Below, piece after piece: positions 34,408 through 43,598 of a stretch of DNA of 64,000 nucleotides. Position 1 is the first letter of the stretch; each line of letters starts with the position of its first letter. The notes under the pieces are model-generated. The model saw only the letters and a program-made list of their open reading frames with translations, ran no database searches and was not told where the DNA came from. This stretch comes from Muribaculaceae bacterium (lineage in GTDB: Bacteria > Bacteroidota > Bacteroidia > Bacteroidales > Muribaculaceae). The DNA lies in the NCBI GenBank assembly GCA_045637505.1, contig JAZTZO010000045.1, positions 31,384 through 95,383 on the forward strand, read 5' to 3'. Made by a program: the position numbers and the translations under genes.

Positions 34408-35627
34408 AACTTGCTAACATATCACCCGAGGTGCATCAAGCTAAAACGCGATTTGGCATAGTGGGAAATGCGCCAGCATTAATAGCTGCAGTGTCGCGAG
34501 CTATTCAGGTTGCCCCTATCAACTTGTCGGTGCTTATTACTGGCGAGAGTGGTAGTGGTAAGGAGTTTTTTCCACAAATAGTGCATAGCTTCAGCCCACG
34601 CAAGCATAATAAATATATAGCCGTAAACTGTGGAGCAATACCCGAGGGTACTATTGACTCGGAACTCTTTGGCCACGAGAAGGGTGCATTTACTGGTGCT
34701 GTAGCATCGCGTAAAGGCTACTTTGAGGAAGCCGATGGAGGCACTATATTTCTCGATGAGGTTGCCGAGTTGCCAATGACTACGCAAGCACGCTTGTTGC
34801 GTGTGCTTGAGAGTGGCGAGTTTCTCAAGGTGGGTTCATCGACGGTGCAAAAAACCAATATACGCATCGTGGCAGCAACCAATGTTGACATGCAAAAGGC
34901 AGTAGAAGAGGGCCGTTTTCGTGAAGACCTTTATTATCGTCTTTCGACTGTACACATCTCTATCCCACCATTGCGCGACAGGGGTAAAGATATCGCCTTG
35001 TTGGCGCGAAAATTCGCATCGGATTTTGCCGAAAAATATCGCACACCGGCAGTTCAATTTGACGACACAGCTCGCCGCATGATAATGCAATATCGTTGGC
35101 CTGGCAATGTGCGTCAACTCAAAAATGTAATCGAACAAATAGCATTGTTTGAGGCTGGCAGTGAAGTTACTGCCAACGAGATAGAGCAATACATACCTCA
35201 AGATGCTACTATTTACACCCCTACTATATCAACACAAGGGCGTCAATCGATACATTCTTATGATGATGAGCGCGAAATGTTGTTTAATATGATATTCCGC
35301 TTACAACGCGAAATTGAGACGCTTAAAACAATAGTAACCGGAACACCTACAAGTGCACCGCAGTTGCTCGATGTTCATAGCGGTTCGTCGGCAATAATTA
35401 AACGCACATCATATGATGGTGATATATTGCGTGTTGATGATGAGCCACGCGAGGTGAGAGAGGTAGAAAGCCAAGAGGTGTCGTCGATGACATTAGAGGA
35501 TACCGAGCGCGAAACTATTCGTCGTTCGCTTGAACGAAATGGTGGACGTCGCAAGGCTACAGCCCAAGAGCTGAATATCTCGGAGCGCACACTTTATCGC
35601 AAGATAAGAGAGTATGGTCTTGAATAA
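34398..35627 (+). CDS. Sigma-54-dependent transcriptional activator (AAA+ plus Fis-type HTH, no N-terminal sensor domain)
   Basis: Walker A GESGSGKE, GAFTGA loop (EKGAFTGA), Walker B IFLDEV, arginine-finger region, and C-terminal HTH AQELNISERTLYRKIREYG. It overlaps the previous gene by 10 nt. Confidence 0.85.
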   Translation: MPIELANISPEVHQAKTRFGIVGNAPALIAAVSRAIQVAPINLSVLITGESGSGKEFFPQIVHSFSPRKHNKYIAVNCGAIPEGTIDSELFGHEKGAFTGAVASRKGYFEEADGGTIFLDEVAELPMTTQARLLRVLESGEFLKVGSSTVQKTNIRIVAATNVDMQKAVEEGRFREDLYYRLSTVHISIPPLRDRGKDIALLARKFASDFAEKYRTPAVQFDDTARRMIMQYRWPGNVRQLKNVIEQIALFEAGSEVTANEIEQYIPQDATIYTPTISTQGRQSIHSYDDEREMLFNMIFRLQREIETLKTIVTGTPTSAPQLLDVHSGSSAIIKRTSYDGDILRVDDEPREVREVESQEVSSMTLEDTERETIRRSLERNGGRRKATAQELNISERTLYRKIREYGLE

Positions 35628-35637
35628 GTTGAGAGTG

Positions 35638-36153
35638 ATGAAAACGACATTATTAAAAATATTATTGGTGGTTGTGATGGCTACAACATGGCAAGGGTGT
35701 CGCATTAGTTATAAGTTTAATGGGGCTGCTCTTGATTATAATGTGTACAAGACAATCAATGTGTCGGAGTTTCCTATTAGAGCAGCGTTGGTGTATCCAC
35801 CATTGCAACAAACTTTTGAAAACGAGTTGCTCGATTATATAACTCGCAACACTCGATTGCGCACAGTTGATAGCGCGTCCGACCTTGAACTATCGGGCGA
35901 AATCACAGGTTATAATCTCACACCACAGGCTGTTACCGAAAACGCTTATGCCTCAAAAACGCGATTGACAATCACGGTAAGGGTAAAATATACCGACAAT
36001 AGGGTAGAAGGAAAAAACATCGACCAATCATTCTCGGCCTATCGCGACTTTGATAGTTCGGAGATGTTGACCGATGTGCAAGATGAATTATGTCAACAAA
36101 TTACAAAAGAGTTGGTTGACCTGATATTTAACGCTACCCTTGGTAATTGGTAG
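35638..36153 (+). CDS. lptE: LptE-like outer-membrane lipoprotein
   Basis: The ATG at 35638 gives MKTTLLKILLVVVMATTWQGC (lipobox). Its size and its position after the sigma-54 activator and before secG match a synteny I recall for Bacteroidota LptE. This is not verified by profile search. Confidence 0.5.
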   Translation: MKTTLLKILLVVVMATTWQGCRISYKFNGAALDYNVYKTINVSEFPIRAALVYPPLQQTFENELLDYITRNTRLRTVDSASDLELSGEITGYNLTPQAVTENAYASKTRLTITVRVKYTDNRVEGKNIDQSFSAYRDFDSSEMLTDVQDELCQQITKELVDLIFNATLGNW

Positions 36154-36171
36154 AAATAAAATGAATATAAA

Positions 36172-36966
36172 ATGACATTGCAAGAAACCATATCATCGCT
36201 ATTGGATAATGACACAACGCAACTCGATCCGCAATGGGTAGAGGAGATACTTGAGCAATATCCCTATTTCACTCTCCCTGCTTTGATGTTGTTGAGTCGC
36301 AACAAAGAGGTTGACGATGAGGTGAAAGCTCGATTGGTGCAACGATTGTCGTTAAACAGCCCCGATCGTGATTCGCTATCGATGGTGATAGGTGAAGATG
36401 CTAAATTGTGGGCTACATTTTATCCACAAGAAGAGCGCCATCCAGTGGTGTCAACCAACGAGGCTATCTCTACCTTCCTTGATAATTATGGTAACAGTGA
36501 TGCCAAAGAAGAGGCATTGCTTGAGCGATTGATATTTAACCCTACGCCCGATTATGCCCAACTATTGGCCGAGGAAGAGGAGCGTAGTGTGCCACAAAAT
36601 GTAGATTTATCGGCGCCTGACTCGCAAGATGCGTTAATCAACGCGTTTATCTTGAAGAGCCGAGAGCAACAAGGACATTTCCCTGCGATAAACGAAGATT
36701 TAGCAATTGAATCAAAGGCGGTAGAGGAAGAAGATGCCACACCAGTGTTGTCGCCCGAGGTTACCGAAGACGATTCGATGTTGAGCGAAAGTTTGGCGAA
36801 AATTTACATAAAACAGCGCAAATATTCAAAGGCTTATGAAATTATCCGCAATTTAAGTTTGAATTTTCCAGAAAAAAGTATTTACTTTGCAGACCAATTG
36901 CGTTTTTTGCAAAAATTGATGATAAATCAGCGTTATATTGAGCGAAAAAAGGCGCAAGAAAGATGA
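36172..36966 (+). CDS. Hypothetical protein with C-terminal TPR-like helix pair
   Basis: Intact 264-aa ORF, acidic, with AKIYIKQRKYSKAYEIIRNLSLNFPEKSIYFADQLRFL at the C-terminus. Confidence 0.55.
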   Translation: MTLQETISSLLDNDTTQLDPQWVEEILEQYPYFTLPALMLLSRNKEVDDEVKARLVQRLSLNSPDRDSLSMVIGEDAKLWATFYPQEERHPVVSTNEAISTFLDNYGNSDAKEEALLERLIFNPTPDYAQLLAEEEERSVPQNVDLSAPDSQDALINAFILKSREQQGHFPAINEDLAIESKAVEEEDATPVLSPEVTEDDSMLSESLAKIYIKQRKYSKAYEIIRNLSLNFPEKSIYFADQLRFLQKLMINQRYIERKKAQER

Positions 36967-37015
36967 AATTGCTAAATATTGACAAAAAGAAACAATAAAA
37001 ACAACAATTTATAAT

Positions 37016-37411
37016 ATGGACATTTTAATTATTGTATTATCAGTTATTGTATCACTCCTTTTGATTGGGGTAGTGCTTATTCAAAAATCTAAAGGTGGAG
37101 GTCTTTCTTCATCATTTGCAGGCTCAAACCAAATTATGGGTGTTCGCCGCACAACCGATTTTATTGAAAAAGCAACTTGGACACTTGCATCAGTTATCGC
37201 TGTATTGGCTATTGCATCGGCTTTCTTTATGAAAGACATGAACCAAAGCAGCGAATCACTTCGCACACTCAACCAAGTAGCAACTCCAGCACCTGTTGAA
37301 GCAAAAGGTCAATATGAAACAGAAGCAGAAAAAGCACCTGCTGCTCAACCTGCTGCTGAAACTAAAGCGCCTGCTGCTGAAGCACAAGCACCTGCTGCAC
37401 CTCAAAAGTAA
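37016..37411 (+). CDS. secG: Preprotein translocase subunit SecG with Ala/Pro/Glu-rich tail
   Basis: LLLIGVVLIQKSKGGGLSSSFAGSNQIMG plus a second TM segment. It ends in a ~50-aa tail AEKAPAAQPAAETKAPAAEAQAPAAPQK. Confidence 0.85.
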   Translation: MDILIIVLSVIVSLLLIGVVLIQKSKGGGLSSSFAGSNQIMGVRRTTDFIEKATWTLASVIAVLAIASAFFMKDMNQSSESLRTLNQVATPAPVEAKGQYETEAEKAPAAQPAAETKAPAAEAQAPAAPQK

Positions 37412-37531
37412 AAAACTCCCCACGCATAGTGGGATGATACAATCTTTAGAGAATATACAGGGAGTGTCATATTGATGCTCCCTTGAGTTGTTAATAAGAA
37501 TCATTGTGTTTACTCATATATAAGCAATGTT

Positions 37532-38083
37532 ATGAGAATAGCCGTATTTTGTTCATCGCGCGAGAATATCAATGAGCAATATAAAGAGTCGGCACGCACC
37601 ATAGGTCGTTGGATAGGAGAACACTCTTGCACATTGATATATGGTGGTGTAGATAAAGGACTCATGCACATAGTGGCTAGTGAGGTAAAAGCCTCGGGCG
37701 GTCGCACAGTGGGTATTGTGCCAGTGACGCGCCTTGGAGTGCGCAATGTGCGCGACGATGAAATGATAACATCAACCGACCTAAATGATCGCAAGGCTAA
37801 AATGTTGCGCTTGTGCGACTTGTTTATCGTGCTACCCGGAGGATATGGCACTCTTGATGAGTTTGTTTCGACATTTACTTCGTTGGCATTTGCAGGCAAT
37901 AAAACCAAAGAGATAATCGTTTTTAATCAAAATAATATCTTCGACACCACATTGGCTCAATTTCAAGTGATGATTAATGAGGGAATGATGGAGAAAGAAC
38001 TATTGCAAAGAGTGAAAGTTGCTACCACAGCACAAGAATGTTGCGCAATGATGAATCAATTTATACACCATAAAAAGCCATGA
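37532..38083 (+). CDS. LOG family / TIGR00730 Rossmann-fold protein
   Basis: Motifs YGGVDKGLM and PGGYGTLDE. Confidence 0.85.
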   Translation: MRIAVFCSSRENINEQYKESARTIGRWIGEHSCTLIYGGVDKGLMHIVASEVKASGGRTVGIVPVTRLGVRNVRDDEMITSTDLNDRKAKMLRLCDLFIVLPGGYGTLDEFVSTFTSLAFAGNKTKEIIVFNQNNIFDTTLAQFQVMINEGMMEKELLQRVKVATTAQECCAMMNQFIHHKKP

Positions 38084-38640
38084 AAAAGAGTATAATATAT
38101 ACATGCACCGGCGATGCTGGCACAACATCGCTCGTTGGAGGTCAACGAGTGAAGAAAAACGACATACGCATTGAGGCCTATGGCACAGTTGACGAGTTGA
38201 GTGCTCACATAGGGTTGCTCACAGCCTATGAATATGAAAAGGAGCAAAACGAGGTGCTCACCTTTGTTCAAAACAAATTGTTTAACATAGGTGCATATCT
38301 TGCTACCGAAAGCCCTGAGGGGGAGAATGCTCCAGCATGGGGGCTTGGCGAAGCCGATATTAAGCGATTGGAAGATGCAATCGATGTGGTAGATAATGAA
38401 TTGCCTCGCTTGAAAAACTTCGTGTTGCCCGGAGGCGCATTATCATCGTCAATGGCACATGTGGCACGCACAGTGTGTCGCCGTTGTGAACGACGCATCA
38501 TTGACCTTGGTGAGACGGCTTATGTAGATGCCAATGTGTTGAAATTTATCAACCGATTGAGCGATTATTTGTTCGTTTTGGCACGATTTATCAATGTTTC
38601 GTCGGGAAAAGAAGAAAAATATTGGAATAAAGATTGTTAG
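38080..38640 (+). CDS. PduO-type ATP:cob(I)alamin adenosyltransferase
   Basis: YTCTGDAGTTSL N-terminal ATP loop and the full-length helical-bundle pattern. There is a 4-bp overlap with the LOG gene. Confidence 0.85.
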   Translation: MKKSIIYTCTGDAGTTSLVGGQRVKKNDIRIEAYGTVDELSAHIGLLTAYEYEKEQNEVLTFVQNKLFNIGAYLATESPEGENAPAWGLGEADIKRLEDAIDVVDNELPRLKNFVLPGGALSSSMAHVARTVCRRCERRIIDLGETAYVDANVLKFINRLSDYLFVLARFINVSSGKEEKYWNKDC

Positions 38641-38655
38641 TTATAATAAAATGAC

Positions 38656-38663
38656 TAATTTTG
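38656..38663 (+). promoter_or_regulatory. Candidate -7 box TAATTTTG
   Basis: Exact match 57 nt upstream of the ATG at 38720. Confidence 0.3.
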
Positions 38664-38719
38664 CGGCTCTAAAACAAAACTTATATAAATTCTAATAATA
38701 ACCAAAAATATAAATAGCT

Positions 38720-38941
38720 ATGTATTGGACACTTGAATTAGCATCAAAACTCGAAGACGCTCCATGGCCAGCAACCAAAGAAGAACTCATTGACTATGCA
38801 ATGCGTTCGGGAGCACCACTTGAAGTTATTGAAAACCTTCAAGAAATGGAAGATGAGGGCGAAACATATGAATGTATCGAAGACATTTGGCCCGACTATC
38901 CAAGCAAAGAAGACTTCTTCTTCAACGAAGATGAGTACTAA
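38720..38941 (+). CDS. DUF2795-like small acidic protein
   Basis: LEDAPWPATKEELIDYAMRSGAPLEVIENLQ matches the DUF2795 pattern as I recall it. Confidence 0.6.
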   Translation: MYWTLELASKLEDAPWPATKEELIDYAMRSGAPLEVIENLQEMEDEGETYECIEDIWPDYPSKEDFFFNEDEY

Positions 38942-38969
38942 TAGAGTATTAGTAAATTAAAAATAAGGA

Positions 38970-39007
38970 AACGATTGGTTGCTAACAGTAGTCAATCGTT
39001 TTTTTTG
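38970..39007 (+). terminator. Rho-independent terminator
   Basis: aacgattgg-loop-tcaatcgtt followed by T7. Confidence 0.6.
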
Positions 39008-39058
39008 TTTTGCGATATTATAAACGATGATATTAGTGTTGTGTTAAAAAAAAATGGT

Positions 39059-39066
39059 TAAATTTG
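39059..39066 (+). promoter_or_regulatory. Candidate -7 box TAAATTTG
   Basis: Exact match 35 nt upstream of the ATG at 39101. Confidence 0.35.
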
Positions 39067-39100
39067 TTGTTCAAAGAGAAAATGTAAATTTAAAAATAAT

Positions 39101-39592
39101 ATGAAAAAGTTTTTAGTAATTGCCATTATGGCGATGATGATGAGTTCGTGTATAGATATAGATGCTCTAAAAGGATTTTTTGGCGGTAATGCTGAAAAAG
39201 AGGAGAACGCTAAACTCGACTCTATCACAATGGCTCTAAAAAAGATGGAAGAAAAAATGGTTGCGCAAGAGGCTCAACATCAAGCCGAGTTGGCCAAAGC
39301 AAAGCAAAATGTTCCAGGACCAAGTCCAAATGCTTATCGTGATGATAATCCCTATGCATGGTTGTCGCAACGAAAGTATTCGTGGGATGAATTTGCGTAT
39401 AAAGCATCAAGTCCAGCACAATACCGTATATGGCGCAATGCAATGTTTGCTCGTCATGGATATATTTTTAAAAGTGCCGATTTGCGTGAACATTTTAGCC
39501 AGTTTACATGGTATGTGCCTCGTTATAAAACTGTGACATTGACAGCTGTTGAGGTGCATAATGTAAATGTGCTTAAATCAATGGTTGATTAG
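39101..39592 (+). CDS. YARHG domain protein, secreted/lipoprotein
   Basis: Signal peptide/lipobox MKKFLVIAIMAMMMSSC and the FARHGYIFKS motif. Confidence 0.75.
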   Translation: MKKFLVIAIMAMMMSSCIDIDALKGFFGGNAEKEENAKLDSITMALKKMEEKMVAQEAQHQAELAKAKQNVPGPSPNAYRDDNPYAWLSQRKYSWDEFAYKASSPAQYRIWRNAMFARHGYIFKSADLREHFSQFTWYVPRYKTVTLTAVEVHNVNVLKSMVD

Positions 39593-39617
39593 TCTAATAT
39601 AGTTTGATTAATAGGTT

Positions 39618-40475
39618 GTGAAGAGAAAAATTTACATAGCATTAGCATTGACGGCAATGTGTTCAACCACATTGGCTTGTGATAACACTCAAGCATCGCA
39701 AGTGTCCACAAGCAATGGTGAATCGGTTGCCGTTGTTGCCCCCAAAAACGATGTGTCGCAAGTGGAAAACATGAAAGAGGTCAATTCGATTCCACAAGAG
39801 GCACAATGGCTCATTGAGGCATACCCCGAGCAGAAATTGCAATATAAAGATGGAAAAATAGTATTTCCCGATGGCTATGCTGTAGTGTGGGATGACGGCA
39901 AGAAAAAGTCGTTTGTAGAGCAACTTGATAACTCTGATATTGAGGACAGTTTTGCTATGCCCTACCAATTAGGGGGAGAGCCAACATTTCAAGCCGATGG
40001 TGGACGAAGCCGTAGTGATGCGTTCTTCAAGAAAATGTATGGGGCATCGTCGGCCGCTGTGCAAAAAAATCTTACCACGGTGAATTGGTTTGGCACAAAC
40101 ATAAAAGTCACCAAAGTTAATGGAGTGGATAAGAAACTCAAGGCTGTAGCTGCTGAGTTGGCAAAACACCCCGAGTTGCGTAAATATATAGAGAAACCTC
40201 AATCGTTTTATTGGCGCAAGGTGCGAGGCTCAAATCGTCAAAGTGCCCACAGCTATGGCATTGCCGTGGATATGGGGATAAAATATTCTAATTACTGGTT
40301 GTGGACCTATCCTCGAGCAAATGAAAATACGCAGATAAAATATAAAAATCGTTTTCCCGAAAAAATAGCAAAGATATTTGAAAAATATGGCTTTATATGG
40401 GGCGGAAGATGGTATCATTTTGATACGATGCACTTTGAATATCGTCCCGAAATTTTAAAAGGGGCAAAGAGGTGA
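39618..40475 (+). CDS. M15 family metallopeptidase (VanY / D-Ala-D-Ala carboxypeptidase-like lipoprotein)
   Basis: A GTG start is the only in-frame start before the lipobox (KRKIYIALALTAMCSTTLAC). Zn motifs are SAHSYGIAVD and DTMHFEY. Confidence 0.75.
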   Translation: MKRKIYIALALTAMCSTTLACDNTQASQVSTSNGESVAVVAPKNDVSQVENMKEVNSIPQEAQWLIEAYPEQKLQYKDGKIVFPDGYAVVWDDGKKKSFVEQLDNSDIEDSFAMPYQLGGEPTFQADGGRSRSDAFFKKMYGASSAAVQKNLTTVNWFGTNIKVTKVNGVDKKLKAVAAELAKHPELRKYIEKPQSFYWRKVRGSNRQSAHSYGIAVDMGIKYSNYWLWTYPRANENTQIKYKNRFPEKIAKIFEKYGFIWGGRWYHFDTMHFEYRPEILKGAKR

Positions 40476-40594
40476 TTTTTTAGAAAAATGTTGAAAAATA
40501 AATTCATTAAAGAGTTTGTTAATCTAAAAATATCATTAACTTTGCAATAGAATAATGTAATAATAGTTGTTTTATAGATAATTGTGTAAAAGTG

Positions 40595-40628
40595 ATAGGA
40601 CTGTCGAGATGACAGTCCTATTATTTTT
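40595..40628 (+). terminator. Rho-independent terminator
   Basis: 11-bp perfect stem ataggactgtc-gagat-gacagtcctat, then tatttttg. Confidence 0.65.
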
Positions 40629-40694
40629 GTGTCATAAAAGTTGGCAATAAGTCGAAAATAGGGGTGTAAATGTGAAAAGAATCGGGAATTTAAT

Positions 40695-40702
40695 TAAATT
40701 TG
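40695..40702 (+). promoter_or_regulatory. Candidate -7 box TAAATTTG
   Basis: Exact match 73 nt upstream of the ATG at 40775. Confidence 0.3.
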
Positions 40703-40774
40703 CATTATAATATTGTTTCTCTTTAGGATTAAAGAGGAGGCTGTGTAACTTTGAGAAAGAAAAGTATTATAAAA

Positions 40775-41650
40775 ATGACATACCATTTATTATCGGTTTT
40801 AGTTAAGTTATTGTCGTATATACCTTTCGGGGTGTTATATATACTGTCGGACGCGTTGTATTTTGTGGTATATTATGTCGCAAAATATCGCCGACCATTG
40901 GTGCGAAAAAATTTGACAGAGTGCTTCCCCGAAAAGTCAGAACAGGAAATAATAAAGATAGAAAAAGGGTTTTATCATTACTTTGTTGATACGATATTGG
41001 AAAGTTTGAAGATGTTTACGATTTCGCCTAAGGAGATGAGTCGTCGCATGAAACTTCTCAATGTTGAAGGGTTGAAAGAGGTGATGAAAAAGGGTAACTC
41101 GGCATCGGTATTCATGGGACATTATGGCAACTGGGAATGGGTGTCATCGTTGCCATTGCATTTGGACGAAGGGATGCTTGGTGTTCAAATCTATCATGAG
41201 TTGAGCAACAAGATGATGAATAAATTGGTGCTATATTCGCGTGGCCGCATGGGCGCAATAAGCATAGAGATGCGCAAAACTGTGCGTGATATAAGCAAAA
41301 TGAAGTCGGAAGGCAAGGTGGCTGCAATAGGGTTTATTGCCGACCAATCGCCTCGAAAAAAAGATGCTCACTTCTATTTGCAATTCCTAAATCATGAAAT
41401 ACCTGCGTTGACCGGGACCGAAAAACTCACAAAGCATTTCGGGTTTGAAGCGTGGTTTCTTGATGTGAAGCGTGTGAAACGCGGATATTACGAGGCCGAG
41501 TTTGTGAGATTGCATGAGAATCCAAGCGAGTTGCCCGACTTTGAATTGACCGAGTTGTATTACCAACGATTGGAGCAGATGATAAAAGAGTGTCCCGAGA
41601 TGTATCTATGGTCGCATAATCGTTTCCGTCTTGCTCGAAAATCACAATAA
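40775..41650 (+). CDS. LpxL/HtrB-family lipid A late acyltransferase-like protein
   Basis: N-terminal TM segment, the MGHYGNWEW catalytic block and a downstream ADQSP motif. The first ATG is used because the track ORF starts at a TTG. Confidence 0.7.
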   Translation: MTYHLLSVLVKLLSYIPFGVLYILSDALYFVVYYVAKYRRPLVRKNLTECFPEKSEQEIIKIEKGFYHYFVDTILESLKMFTISPKEMSRRMKLLNVEGLKEVMKKGNSASVFMGHYGNWEWVSSLPLHLDEGMLGVQIYHELSNKMMNKLVLYSRGRMGAISIEMRKTVRDISKMKSEGKVAAIGFIADQSPRKKDAHFYLQFLNHEIPALTGTEKLTKHFGFEAWFLDVKRVKRGYYEAEFVRLHENPSELPDFELTELYYQRLEQMIKECPEMYLWSHNRFRLARKSQ

Positions 41651-41670
41651 AACTTCCAATATAACGACTT

Positions 41671-42549
41671 ATGAATAAGGTGCTTGCCGAAATTATTGCT
41701 GGGGTAATTCCACATAAAATGACGCGCAATCGATGGCGTGGGCTGTTGCGTTATGGTGCGTTTAGGGCTTGGCGATTGCGATGTCGCATGAAGAAGGATA
41801 ACACACAGCCACAATATTATTTGGCAGTGTGTGCGATTGCTAAAAACGAAGGACCTTATTTCGTGGAGTGGATTGAGTGGCATCGTAAGATGGGCGTAGA
41901 GAAGTTTTATATCTATGACAATGAGAGTAGCGACTGCACTCGTGAAGTGCTTGCTCCATATATAGAGTCGGGATTAGTGGATTATTGTTATTTCCTTGGA
42001 TATCGCCGACAATTGGCTGCCTATGATGATTGTTTTGAACGACATCGTTTAGAAACACGATGGCTCGCAATTATTGACCTTGATGAGTTTATAGTGCCTG
42101 TGCGTGACAAGTCGATACCAGAGTTTTTGCGTAGTATGGAGGAATTCTCATCGGTCGAAATCAATTGGCTGATATATGGTAGTGGTGGCGCTAAAGAAAA
42201 ACTGCCGGGAACGATGATGGAGCGATTTAAACATCACTCGCAACCAACGCATTATCTCAATCGCCATGTGAAAAGTATCGTTGACCCTCGACGAGTGTGC
42301 ACGATGGTGGGTTGTCATGAAGCAGCGCGCATAAGTGGGCGTTCGGTCGATTCACACGGAGTGCCATTGACTAAAGGTTTTCGTGATAGAGAGCCACTAC
42401 AAGATGTTATCAAAGTAAATCACTATGCTGTGAGGTCGTGGGAGGAATTTTTAGAGAAACAAAATCGAGGCAGAGCCAGCGGCCGACAAAAAACCGTTGA
42501 GGTGGAGTATTTTGAGCGATATGACCTCAACGATATAGAGGAGGCATAA
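41671..42549 (+). CDS. Glycosyltransferase (GT2-fold, Glyco_tranf_2_4 / GT92-like)
   Basis: YLAVCAIAKNEGPYFVEWIEWHRKMGVEKFYIYDNESSD and the acidic motif IIDLDEF. Confidence 0.6.
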   Translation: MNKVLAEIIAGVIPHKMTRNRWRGLLRYGAFRAWRLRCRMKKDNTQPQYYLAVCAIAKNEGPYFVEWIEWHRKMGVEKFYIYDNESSDCTREVLAPYIESGLVDYCYFLGYRRQLAAYDDCFERHRLETRWLAIIDLDEFIVPVRDKSIPEFLRSMEEFSSVEINWLIYGSGGAKEKLPGTMMERFKHHSQPTHYLNRHVKSIVDPRRVCTMVGCHEAARISGRSVDSHGVPLTKGFRDREPLQDVIKVNHYAVRSWEEFLEKQNRGRASGRQKTVEVEYFERYDLNDIEEA

Positions 42550-42639
42550 GACATTCAATCACAAGAAAATATTGTAGGGAGACAAGGTTGAGATTGTGTC
42601 CGTAATTATTTGATTTCGACACCATTTCAACAATGGTGA

Positions 42640-43587
42640 CTATTTCTCAAATTGTGATTTCTCGGGGAAATATTTCTCGAGAAAGGCAGTAGCGCGAGCT
42701 CTATCGTCATCGTTGGCAAATTCTGAATCGTTCATGCAGAAAAGCATAGGGTTATAACGCTCCAATTTTTGATAGTGGTTGTGTCGATGAATGTGGAAAC
42801 GGAATGATGTCTTTTGAGTGACATATTGCAAATGTCCACGCCCTTCGGCCAATGGCACATATGAGTATATGTTGCGCTGAATATCGTTAGAACTGCGTAT
42901 GTGGTTTATTGATGTGGCTTCTATTTCATCTTTGAAAACCTCCCACACATGTTGGTAATTGCTTTTAAGATAAGCATCGATGTTGTGGTGAGTTTTTCCT
43001 CCATAATAGATGCCATATTTTTTATTTACCAACTCGGCAGCGTTGCGAATGGTGATGACATAGTTGCCGAGGGGTTTGCGTTGAATTTTTTCGCGGAAGA
43101 AAAGTGTTAGACGCCTAAATGGACGACGGTTGAGGCGTATTATAGGAAGCCCGTTTTTGTCAAAGAAATCACTTGGCTTAACAGGGCGATTGATAAACAA
43201 GTCGTCATTCCCATAAAGAAAATGCTCCGACAGTCCGGGAATGCGCCATATGTAATGCTCAATGAGGCATGAGTTGAAACATGGTAGGCTGTGAGTGGGC
43301 AAAATCTCGGTGTGGTCAATGATTTTTATTTTAGGATTGGAGGTGTCTAACCATTTGGGCACTTGATTGTCGGTAACAATAAATATGTTTCGTATCCAAG
43401 GAGCATATTTTTCCAACGAGCGAAGGCTATATTTTAGCTCATCATTATCGGCATATCGACCTTTGCAATCGGCCGACGGATTGCTATCGGTTTTCCCTAT
43501 GATAGCATTGCGTTTAGCTTGCCACGCAGGGTCGTTGCCGTCAACCCATAGATACACAAAGTCCACTTCAGTTATATTGTTTGCCAT
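42640..43587 (-). CDS. Stealth-family sugar-phosphate transferase
   Basis: CR1 is VDFVYLWVDGNDPAWQAK, CR2 is NIFIVTDNQVPKWL, and these are followed by YGNDDLFINRPV and a C-terminal FCMND. Confidence 0.75.
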   Translation of the reverse strand: MANNITEVDFVYLWVDGNDPAWQAKRNAIIGKTDSNPSADCKGRYADNDELKYSLRSLEKYAPWIRNIFIVTDNQVPKWLDTSNPKIKIIDHTEILPTHSLPCFNSCLIEHYIWRIPGLSEHFLYGNDDLFINRPVKPSDFFDKNGLPIIRLNRRPFRRLTLFFREKIQRKPLGNYVITIRNAAELVNKKYGIYYGGKTHHNIDAYLKSNYQHVWEVFKDEIEATSINHIRSSNDIQRNIYSYVPLAEGRGHLQYVTQKTSFRFHIHRHNHYQKLERYNPMLFCMNDSEFANDDDRARATAFLEKYFPEKSQFEK

Positions 43588-43598
43588 AGTTGTAAGAG

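Noticed and set aside
37419-37470. Hairpins cccac-gcata-gtggg and agggag-N13-ctccct after secG as a terminator or ncRNA
   Set aside because: The stems are short (5-6 bp) and have no convincing U-tract. Function cannot be supported from sequence alone.
41427-41883. Two minus-strand ORFs (100 and 107 aa) across the lpxL-like/GT92-like junction
   Set aside because: They are antisense to two motif-supported genes and have low-complexity, non-native-looking sequence.
42620-42638. Short hairpin caccatt-tcaac-aatggtg as a terminator between convergent glycosyltransferase genes
   Set aside because: It has only a 7-bp stem, no T-run on either strand, and it abuts the stop codon at 42640. Too weak to call.
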